From assembly GCA_963753345.1 (NCBI GenBank), contig CAVWBU010000040.1, forward strand, positions 1 to 64,000: a stretch of 64,000 nt of DNA, written 5' to 3'. This document shows positions 41,754 to 49,332 of this stretch, piece by piece. Each line of letters starts with the position of its first letter. The first letter of the stretch is position 1. The notes under the pieces were generated by a model, which was not told where the DNA came from, searched no databases, and saw only the letters and a program-made list of their open reading frames with translations. Source of the stretch: an uncultured Fibrobacterota bacterium. GTDB lineage: Bacteria > Fibrobacterota > Chitinivibrionia > Chitinivibrionales > FEN-1185. The translations under genes and the position numbers were made by a program.

Positions 41754-42245
41754 TCAATACTCCTCGTAATGGTTCCATTCCGCGTTCTCGAGCCATTCGT
41801 TCGGATGCCGCTGAAATTCCATCAGTTGATTGATGATCGTCGCATGCGTACGCTCCTGCTGCATGATGAGCGCAAGAACCATCTTCTGCTCTTCATCGCC
41901 CGCGGCTTTCTGCATGTCGCCGTAAAACGAGATGCTTTTTTCTTCAAGAGTCAAGGCTTTCTTGTATGCGTCCTCATGATCTATGGCCGGTACTCCGGCC
42001 CTGTCGAATCCTTCCGAAAGACTCCAGAACACTTTGCCGGCTTTCCCGGCAAGATGGGTGTTCTCCAGCGGTGGCGCAACTATATTTTTTTTCCAGGCAT
42101 CGAATATGTCACGATGACGTTTCTCTTCCATCAGAAAGAAATGGAAAATGCCGAATATTTCCCTGTTCGGCGTCTGTTCCGCCAGTTTCGCATAGAACTT
42201 CATCCCTTCGGTTTCAATTTCTATAGCAAGATCCAACATATTCAT
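41754..42245 (-). CDS. Ferritin-like (rubrerythrin-family) protein
   Basis: AIEIETEGMKFY..EEKRH and ALTLEEKSISFY..QERTH diiron motifs. Confidence 0.9.
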   Translation of the reverse strand: MNMLDLAIEIETEGMKFYAKLAEQTPNREIFGIFHFFLMEEKRHRDIFDAWKKNIVAPPLENTHLAGKAGKVFWSLSEGFDRAGVPAIDHEDAYKKALTLEEKSISFYGDMQKAAGDEEQKMVLALIMQQERTHATIINQLMEFQRHPNEWLENAEWNHYEEY

Positions 42246-43225
42246 AGAGCTGTCTCCTTTCCCTGCCTTGTCATCACCTCCGGTTCTCCATCTATGACAA
42301 TGCAATTCTTACCTTTACTTTTCGCTTCATACAACGCTGCATCCGCCCTGAGAGCAAGTTCCCGGGAGGTCAGGACGTTTTCTCCGCTCGAGGCCACGCC
42401 GATGCTCACGGTAAGCATTTTTCCGTCAAACTGGGACTGCGCGATCCTCTCCTTCAATCTTTCCGCGAGGATACCGGCCTCGCGTGCATCGGTTAGGGGC
42501 ATGATCACCGCAAACTCGTCGCCGCCGTACCGGCAGCAGATGTCCGGCTCGCGGGCTTCCTCCTTGATGATGGTGCCCAGAGCCATCAGCACACTGTCCC
42601 CCACCTGATGGCCGAACCGGTCATTGATTTCCTTGAAATTGTCAATGTCCATCATCAGAAACGAGACCGGTGTTTTATATCGCGTATAGCGTTTCAATTC
42701 CACGTCGGTCCTTTGAAAACAACTGGAATGATTGAAAAGTCCGGTAAGGCCGTCGTGCGCGGAGAGACGGATAAGGTCTGCAATGAACCTTTCGTCACTC
42801 ACCGTCGGGGAGGGAAGTTCGGAGGTGAGGTTCGACAGGTAGTCGAGAGAGGCGACCGCAATGCGAATGTTCCTCTTCATGATGCTTGACATTTCGTATT
42901 TATGCCTAAGAATCCTGTTCCAGAGGTCTTCTGCGACGGAAGGAGAGAAGAAACGGTGTGTCACGGCATACAGCAGATCCGAGTAGAATTTGCCGCCCCG
43001 GTCTTTTTGCATTGTGTCAACCAATTCCTTTTCGTGCTCGGTGAGGGGCCGGTCCCCGGCGAATGCCGAAACAAGATCGAGCGACAGCGGGGTGTAAAAA
43101 AACGGTTCCTCGCCCCCTCCATCATTGTTCTTTTCGCGAATATCTTCTTTGTCCACAGTTGCGTTTTCGTCTTGCATGCATCCCGACATCGCCGATCGAT
43201 CTGTGCTATTCTGAGCTACGGTCAA
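42242..43225 (-). CDS. Diguanylate cyclase
   Basis: DGLTGLFN, DIDNFKEIND, REPD I-site, RYGGDEF, ADAALYEAK. Start uncertain. Confidence 0.92.
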   Translation of the reverse strand: MTVAQNSTDRSAMSGCMQDENATVDKEDIREKNNDGGGEEPFFYTPLSLDLVSAFAGDRPLTEHEKELVDTMQKDRGGKFYSDLLYAVTHRFFSPSVAEDLWNRILRHKYEMSSIMKRNIRIAVASLDYLSNLTSELPSPTVSDERFIADLIRLSAHDGLTGLFNHSSCFQRTDVELKRYTRYKTPVSFLMMDIDNFKEINDRFGHQVGDSVLMALGTIIKEEAREPDICCRYGGDEFAVIMPLTDAREAGILAERLKERIAQSQFDGKMLTVSIGVASSGENVLTSRELALRADAALYEAKSKGKNCIVIDGEPEVMTRQGKETAL

Positions 43226-43236
43226 AATGCCCCCGC

Positions 43237-43686
43237 TTATGGTTGAGGTTTGTCAACTGCCACTGCCGGTGCCTTGGCATGTTGTTCGTTCTTGGTGTCC
43301 GGACTCGACAAGCAGTATATCTTTAAGGAACCGGCTTCATCGGGCGCCAAAAAGGACCCAAATTCCAGCCTCAGCCTGTCGATGGTCCTGTTTGTGTCGG
43401 TAGTGGTTGCCCTTGGGCACAGGATGCCGAGCAGTTTGTTGTGGAGATACCACCCCTGCCAATCAATTCCCCGGGCCGAGGACTCAAGGGCCAGTTCAAA
43501 GTTCTGCAGAAGAGCATCTTTCTCGTCAGGCCTTTTGTTGAGAATCCACCCGATGTCAATAAGGAGCAGCTTGAAATGCGCACCAAATCTTTCGGTCCTT
43601 TTTCGTTCCTGGATCAGCATTTTCTGAAAACAGTCTTCCGTCATGAATGCGGTGGCTTCGATCATGGCTGGATCGGCTTTGCTCAT
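43237..43686 (-). CDS. Stand-alone degenerate GGDEF-like protein (paralog of 18191)
   Basis: FQKMLIQERKRTERFGAHFKLLLID...ARGIDWQGWY. Confidence 0.7.
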   Translation of the reverse strand: MSKADPAMIEATAFMTEDCFQKMLIQERKRTERFGAHFKLLLIDIGWILNKRPDEKDALLQNFELALESSARGIDWQGWYLHNKLLGILCPRATTTDTNRTIDRLRLEFGSFLAPDEAGSLKIYCLSSPDTKNEQHAKAPAVAVDKPQP

Positions 43687-43739
43687 GATAATTTTCCCTT
43701 TTCTCGGGTTGGACCAATCCTCAACTGTTTATGAGGTAA

Positions 43740-43754
43740 GCAAGGAACATGCCT
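43740..43754 (-). promoter_or_regulatory. Sigma-54 promoter
   Basis: AGGCATGTTCCTTGC. Upstream CTTCCA-TTAT-CGATAA (43850) and TTTGCA-CAAA-TGGGAA (43871), 21 bp apart. Confidence 0.65.
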
Positions 43755-44000
43755 TAGGCATAAATGAAGCGGTCGGGGTTCTTCGCCCCTCCATGTTCCT
43801 GAACTATGACGTCTTACGCAGCTGCCCGGGACTCTCGAGCGTGCAATTTCTTCCATTATCGATAATGTCGTTTGCACAAATGGGAACCCTCTTAGGATTG
43901 TCCGTCGAAAGGAAACCATTTCCGCGTCGCTTGCCGGAGCAGGACTGCGGGCAGTCCTCCGCCAATATCCAATTTGATTTCGGGCAGCGCCGGGAAAGCG

Positions 44001-44654
44001 TTACCTGCTCGGCGCCCTAACGGTCACAACCCGCTCCACGCCGCCGATGGTTAGCTTTACAAAATAAAGACCGGCGGCACGCTGGTGCGCGTTGAGCGGC
44101 ACTTCGTGGATTCCAGCCTCAAATTGCCGGTCAGCCACTGTTGCAACCGGCCTGCCGAGCATGTCGAAGACCTCGATCTTCGCACGTCCGGCAAAAGGGA
44201 GGAGAAAGACAAGCTCCGGCCCTGCAATATTTCCAGATTCCACTATCGCGATCAAATCCGTTTTGCCCGCCGCTCCAAACGATCTTCCTTCCCTAACGCC
44301 GGACCCGGTTGCCTCAAAGGAACCAATCATGCCGATGCTGTAGTGGATGTCGCACTGATAGTGATACGTCCCGCTGACCTTTATGACATAGAGGAATGTC
44401 GTTCCCGACGTGTTGTTCCAGCTCTGGGCCCCTGCCGGAATTGTCGTTGAGCTGAGCGGGTGCATGCTGAAATCTCCTTCCCATTCCACGGTGTCTCCGA
44501 CCACTGCGGAAAAATCGCTGGGAGAATAGACAAACCCGAGGCTTCCTCCAAACTGGACAACATGGGTAACGGCCCAGCCGCTCTTTGCCATAGGAAGAAG
44601 GATCATCACCAGAACCGCGGCACATGTCCGGATAAGTGTGGTGTGCTGTTTCAT
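44001..44654 (-). CDS. Plastocyanin-like cupredoxin with T9SS-type C-terminal sorting domain
   Basis: Signal peptide, VGDTVEW..MHP, YHYQCDIHYSIGM type-1 Cu ligands; IEVFDMLGRPVATV..AGLYFVKL. Confidence 0.82.
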   Translation of the reverse strand: MKQHTTLIRTCAAVLVMILLPMAKSGWAVTHVVQFGGSLGFVYSPSDFSAVVGDTVEWEGDFSMHPLSSTTIPAGAQSWNNTSGTTFLYVIKVSGTYHYQCDIHYSIGMIGSFEATGSGVREGRSFGAAGKTDLIAIVESGNIAGPELVFLLPFAGRAKIEVFDMLGRPVATVADRQFEAGIHEVPLNAHQRAAGLYFVKLTIGGVERVVTVRAPSR

Positions 44655-44678
44655 CGAGTACCTCCTTTTGCGTGACGT

Positions 44679-45479
44679 TTAGAACCAGGGATAGGGAAAC
44701 TTGAAAAGCCGCTTGAGTTGAAAACCGAGTTTCAGGTTGTTATCCGGCGCTCCCCGCATCAGGTGGCGGGAGCCGATTTCCACCGCATTGCCCAGGAAAA
44801 TGAAGAACTGGTGCCCCGCCGTGGTCATCTTGACGCCAAGGGAATACGGGTTTACCACCGTGCGCTCCGGCAGGAGCGGATCGACCTTCTTGTCAACAAC
44901 CGGAAAATATTCGCCATAGACGTCGAGGGCGCCTATGACCTTGATGTCCAGCCCGAGCCCCAGGCCGAATGCCTTCTTGTCGAAATCGTATCCCACGTCT
45001 GCAAGGCCCGCAACGCGGCCGAAGAGCGGATCGTTCTGGAGCGCGCATTGTACAAAGAAACCGTTCCGTCGCTCTGCGGGAAAGGTCTCATACGATGAGT
45101 ACGAGAAGAACTGCCCGTCGGCCTGAATGTGCACAAGAACCCACGGTACGGTCACCGCATACGAGGTCCCTACCGTGAATTCGTTGGTCGACAGGTTGAA
45201 TGTCTGCGTGTTGTCATAGGAGACAGATACCTGGGCCGTAGACCAGACGATCGCGCGAAGGGCGATGTTTGCATCCGCCCCATCACCCATGCCGAAAAAA
45301 CGGTCGAATTTATCCTTTCCGTCAATCCGGCCGAGAAACTGATGTTGGAACTGCACTTCGAGCCCGAAAGGCTTGATTAACGTTGGCGCCGTAACATTGG
45401 GTACACTCCATTCCTCGTAGCCAAACGCACAGGTGACGACGGTTATGCAGACGTTGAATGACAGCAAAGAGCGGTTCAT
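44679..45479 (-). CDS. Outer-membrane beta-barrel protein (DUF5777-like)
   Basis: Signal peptide, FQHQFLG, FFGMGDGA, GHQFFIFLGN, LGFQLKRLF. Confidence 0.7.
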   Translation of the reverse strand: MNRSLLSFNVCITVVTCAFGYEEWSVPNVTAPTLIKPFGLEVQFQHQFLGRIDGKDKFDRFFGMGDGADANIALRAIVWSTAQVSVSYDNTQTFNLSTNEFTVGTSYAVTVPWVLVHIQADGQFFSYSSYETFPAERRNGFFVQCALQNDPLFGRVAGLADVGYDFDKKAFGLGLGLDIKVIGALDVYGEYFPVVDKKVDPLLPERTVVNPYSLGVKMTTAGHQFFIFLGNAVEIGSRHLMRGAPDNNLKLGFQLKRLFKFPYPWF

Positions 45480-45558
45480 GACCTTTTTCTTTCTTTGACC
45501 CGGCAGGGCTCCTTTATCAACACGCCGCATAGTATTCCACACTGCGCTGCGATAAAAC

Positions 45559-45573
45559 GCAAAAGAAATGCCA
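45559..45573 (-). promoter_or_regulatory. Sigma-54 promoter
   Basis: TGGCATTTCTTTTGC. Upstream TTCTCA-AAAC-CGACAA (45720) and CTTCCG-AAAA-TGGGAA (45739). Confidence 0.68.
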
Positions 45574-45860
45574 TGAACAGGTTCCGAGGGGCGTGTCAGG
45601 CACGTGCGCGAACACCCGTAAAACAGCCTGCCGTCTTTGGGCAAACGAGCGCAAATGAGGCGATCCTTGTAGCTTTCACATCAAATGCTCTTATGCAGGT
45701 TGAAAGGAAGTGCCGAAGATTCTCAAAACCGACAATTTCTTCCGAAAATGGGAATCTTGCTCTTTTCAAATCAGTTTGGGAAAACGGCCGTGACACTCCG
45801 CGTGCGGTGAGCGGATTCGCCCTGATTGTCGTTTTCGGCTTGGCTCGCATAAAAGTCAAT

Positions 45861-45889
45861 GGCGGGGCCGCCCTGAGGGCGGTCCCGCC
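45861..45889 (-). terminator. GC-rich hairpin downstream of the SOR gene
   Basis: GGCGGGGCCGCCC-TGA-GGGCGGTCCCGCC. Confidence 0.55.
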
Positions 45890-45925
45890 ATCCATTATGG
45901 GGCACGGTGTGAGACCGCCCAGGCC

Positions 45926-46489
45926 TCAGGCCAATGCCATCTCGGCCTGCCAGTAGCCGTGAACGGTGCAGAATTCAACCATCCGCACTTTTGATCCCGC
46001 CGCATTGGTGTAGTAGCTCACTGCAGGATACTGCTTCAGATTGGCAAAAAGACGCGTGATGAACTTGTCGTCGATGTAGAAATCGATGAACCTGATATGG
46101 TGCGCCTCTTCCATGGGGTGCATGTGTTTCCCCACCCGGACGCTCACCTCTTTGCAGGGAACTTCCGGAACAAGGGCGGATTCTTTATTGATTGAAATGA
46201 CCGGGTCGTGGCTCGGGCCGGCGTCGGGAAATTTCTTCATGGCGTCGGCGAACAATGTATTCTTCTCGGTAAATTTTTCCTTTGGGGCGTGGCAGACCGG
46301 ACAGTTCTCCGGTGCTGCGCCGAATTCCACGTGCCCGCACACACCGCATACATAAATGTCCGGCATGGCCATTTTGGGCTCGCTCTTGGCCGAAACCTTG
46401 AACACCGGACCCGCAGCCATGACCGTTGCGGCCATGGCTGCAGCGCCCAGAAACTCCCTGCGGCTCACACCATTCTTTTCCTGGTCCAT
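45926..46489 (-). CDS. Superoxide reductase (desulfoferrodoxin-family) with Tat signal and rubredoxin-like domain
   Basis: SRREFLG twin-arginine signal, CGVCG...CPVC, HDP, HPM, HHIRFI, CTVHG; AGGAGG RBS. Confidence 0.88.
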   Translation of the reverse strand: MDQEKNGVSRREFLGAAAMAATVMAAGPVFKVSAKSEPKMAMPDIYVCGVCGHVEFGAAPENCPVCHAPKEKFTEKNTLFADAMKKFPDAGPSHDPVISINKESALVPEVPCKEVSVRVGKHMHPMEEAHHIRFIDFYIDDKFITRLFANLKQYPAVSYYTNAAGSKVRMVEFCTVHGYWQAEMALA

Positions 46490-46580
46490 GATCCCTCCTT
46501 TGGGATTGTTAAAGAAAACCTGTGGATGACGCCTACTCATGGCAAACGGGGAAGACAAATCTTAGTGTTTAATTATTACG

Positions 46581-46595
46581 GCAATTTATGTGCCA
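46581..46595 (-). promoter_or_regulatory. Sigma-54 promoter
   Basis: TGGCACATAAATTGC. Confidence 0.72.
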
Positions 46596-46691
46596 TGAGC
46601 GGTCGCTCTTCTCAACGACATGCCCGGCTATGCGATGGTTTTCTCAAAAAGAAGGTAATCGTGGCTGTCTACTGAGGAGGGACAACCCACG

Positions 46692-48875
46692 CTACCCCAG
46701 AGCAAAGTAGAAGACTGCACCCTTGTCTTTTTCGCCCTCGGCCCAGACGGTTCCACCGTGCTTGTCCACGATCCTCTTTACAATGGCCAGCCCGATTCCG
46801 GTGCCCTTGAATTCCTTGTCGGAGTGGAGACGAACAAAGGGTTCGAATATCTTTTGTGCATGGGCCATATCGAACCCCGCGCCGTTGTCGCGCACGAAAA
46901 GAACGGAGCGGCCGTTTCTCTGCTGCGCGCCGAATTCAATGACGGCGTCCTCCTTGCGGGACGTGAACTTCCAGGCGTTGCGCATCAAGTTCTCCATAAG
47001 CAAGCGTGCAAGGCCGTTGTCCGCCTTGAGGGTGGGGCCGGGCAAACCTTCGAACCTGACCTTGCGGTCCGGGTTTTCTCTCCCCAGCTCATTGAAAACC
47101 GACAGAGCCAACGCGCCTATGTCAACCGGTTCGCGGCGCACCTCCTGCCGCCCCACGCGCGACAGCACGAGGAGGTTGGCAATGATGTCGGACATTCTCT
47201 GGATCGAATTTTCCACATGGCCCAACGCCGTTCCAAAATCCCTGTCGAGCTTCGGCGAATAGTCGCGGAAAACATCGATGCAGCCCATCATCGAATGCAG
47301 GGGATTGCGCAAATCGTGCGACACGGAATAGGCGAACGCCTCAAGATCATGGTTTGCGTTTGTCAATTCGACGGCCTTGAGTTGGAGCTGCTCCTCTATG
47401 GCTTGCCGCTCGGTGATGTCGATCCCCGTAGCAAGGACGAGAGAAACGCTGCCGTCTTCGTCACGCAGCGCGGAGTTGGCCCATTTGATGAACCGCCGCT
47501 CGCCGTCCCTGGCCACCCAGTAGTTTTCGAATTCCGCGTCCGCGGTCACCGACCCGTCCACGATCCCCTTAAACACCTCCTTCACCTGTTCTCTTTCTTC
47601 ATTGACAAGGAGGAAGTCCCAGAACTGCCTGCTCCGCACCTCATCGAAGGAGTAGCCGGTGGTCTTTTCGCACGCATGGTTGAATATCTGTATCCTGCCT
47701 TCCGGGTCAAACCCCGCGATGAGGCCGCCGGTGGTCTGGATAACCGCATTGCTGAAATTGCGTTCCTTCCGGAGCGTTTCCGTAGAGTTGTCGAGAGCGG
47801 CGCGCATGCGAAGGGTGGTGATGGCGTGTAAGAGGTCGTTTGCCAGCTCGGAGAGGAGTTCCGTTTCGGGGTCTGAAAAGGCGTCCGGCTCTTTCGCATA
47901 AATGGTGATGGCGCCCAGAGGCCTTTGCTGCGCCGGGGAAACAAGCGGAAAAGCAATGGAAGAGGCATAGCCGCGCCGGGTCGCCTGTTCGCGCCAAGGC
48001 GCAAATGCCGGGTCGGTGAGCATGTTCCTGCACCTGCATACTTTACCAGTGCGAATTGCCGTGCCGGTGGGCCCGCGGCCTCGCTCGGTATCGGCCCACG
48101 TGATGTTGAGGGATTGGAGGTATCCTTCCTCGAACCCTGAAAAAACCGCGGGCGTCACCGTTTGTCCCTCGTTATTATCGGCAAACCCGATCCATACCAT
48201 GGAGTAGCCGCAGTCCTCAACGACGATCCGGCACACTTCTTTGAGGTACTCGTTTTCACTCCCGGCATGCAACATGGCCTGGCTGCTTCTCCCGAGCGCC
48301 TTGAGCGTGCGGTTGAGTTTAGAGAGTTCCTCGCTTGCCTTCTGCACCTCGTTGCGGGCCAGAATGGCGTCTTCCATGAGATTGATCGCGGCCCTGCGCG
48401 AATCGGAAAGTGCCTTGTTTGCTTCCTGTATTTCGCCGATGCGCAGCTCCAGTTCGGTATTGAGTTTGTGCAAAGCGGTAATGGTCTGCTTGCGCTCCAG
48501 GGCGTAGCGGATGACGCGCGCCACGGTTTTGCCGCTTGTAGTGCCTTTGACAAGATAGTCCTGCACGCCGCGGCGAATTGCTTCCGCGCCGGCCGTTTCG
48601 TCCGCGGCCCCGGTCAAAACGACTACGGGAAGCGAAGGCGCCGCTTCCAGGATCTTCTGATAGGTTGAAACGCCAGAACTGTCGGGCAACGTCAGGTCGA
48701 TCAAACCCACATCGAACGGTTGTTCACCCAATTTTGCAATGGCATCGGCGAGGCGCTCAACCCACGTGACGGAAAAAAGAACCCCCTGGACTTCCTTAAG
48801 ACTTTGTTGCAGGAGCCGGGCGTCGGAGGGACTGTCCTCCACGAGAAGAATTCGTATTTCCAGCGCATCCGCCAT
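46692..48875 (-). CDS. REC-GAF-PAS histidine kinase
   Basis: ILLVEDS, DLTLPD; RGRGPTG GAF; PAS; SVSHDLRNPL, NAWKF, DNGAGF, GTGIGL. Confidence 0.93.
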   Translation of the reverse strand: MADALEIRILLVEDSPSDARLLQQSLKEVQGVLFSVTWVERLADAIAKLGEQPFDVGLIDLTLPDSSGVSTYQKILEAAPSLPVVVLTGAADETAGAEAIRRGVQDYLVKGTTSGKTVARVIRYALERKQTITALHKLNTELELRIGEIQEANKALSDSRRAAINLMEDAILARNEVQKASEELSKLNRTLKALGRSSQAMLHAGSENEYLKEVCRIVVEDCGYSMVWIGFADNNEGQTVTPAVFSGFEEGYLQSLNITWADTERGRGPTGTAIRTGKVCRCRNMLTDPAFAPWREQATRRGYASSIAFPLVSPAQQRPLGAITIYAKEPDAFSDPETELLSELANDLLHAITTLRMRAALDNSTETLRKERNFSNAVIQTTGGLIAGFDPEGRIQIFNHACEKTTGYSFDEVRSRQFWDFLLVNEEREQVKEVFKGIVDGSVTADAEFENYWVARDGERRFIKWANSALRDEDGSVSLVLATGIDITERQAIEEQLQLKAVELTNANHDLEAFAYSVSHDLRNPLHSMMGCIDVFRDYSPKLDRDFGTALGHVENSIQRMSDIIANLLVLSRVGRQEVRREPVDIGALALSVFNELGRENPDRKVRFEGLPGPTLKADNGLARLLMENLMRNAWKFTSRKEDAVIEFGAQQRNGRSVLFVRDNGAGFDMAHAQKIFEPFVRLHSDKEFKGTGIGLAIVKRIVDKHGGTVWAEGEKDKGAVFYFALG

Positions 48876-48885
48876 TGGAATTTCC

Positions 48886-49332
48886 CTATTCCTTTGTGGG
48901 AAGGACAACCACCGACAGCCAGAAATGCTCTATGGACCGGACGCATTCGAGGAAGCGGTCAAAGTTCACCGGCTTGGTGACATAACAATTGCAATGGAGC
49001 TTATAGGAACGCATGATGTCCTTTTCCGCATTTGACGTGGTGAGCACGATGACCGGGATGGTGGTGAAGTCGTCGTCGTTTTTAAGCTCTTCCAACACCT
49101 CCCGCCCGTCTTTTCTGGGAAGGTTGAGGTCGAGCAGGATAAGATCCGGTCTCGGTGATTTTTCGTATTTCCCCTGGCGCCTGAGAAATTCCATTGCCTG
49201 CACGCCGTCTTCAACGTGGTGCAGCTCGTTGGCCACCTTGGCAAGCTTGAGCGCCGATATGGTGAGCTTCGCGTCGCTCGGACTGTCTTCGACCAGCAAG
49301 ATCTGGATGGGCCGGGTCTGGATTGGACTCAT
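48886..49332 (-). CDS. Single-domain response regulator (Rcp1/CpcR-like)
   Basis: ILLVEDS, PDLILLDLNLPRKDGREVL, VLTTS, YVTKP. Confidence 0.94.
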   Translation of the reverse strand: MSPIQTRPIQILLVEDSPSDAKLTISALKLAKVANELHHVEDGVQAMEFLRRQGKYEKSPRPDLILLDLNLPRKDGREVLEELKNDDDFTTIPVIVLTTSNAEKDIMRSYKLHCNCYVTKPVNFDRFLECVRSIEHFWLSVVVLPTKE

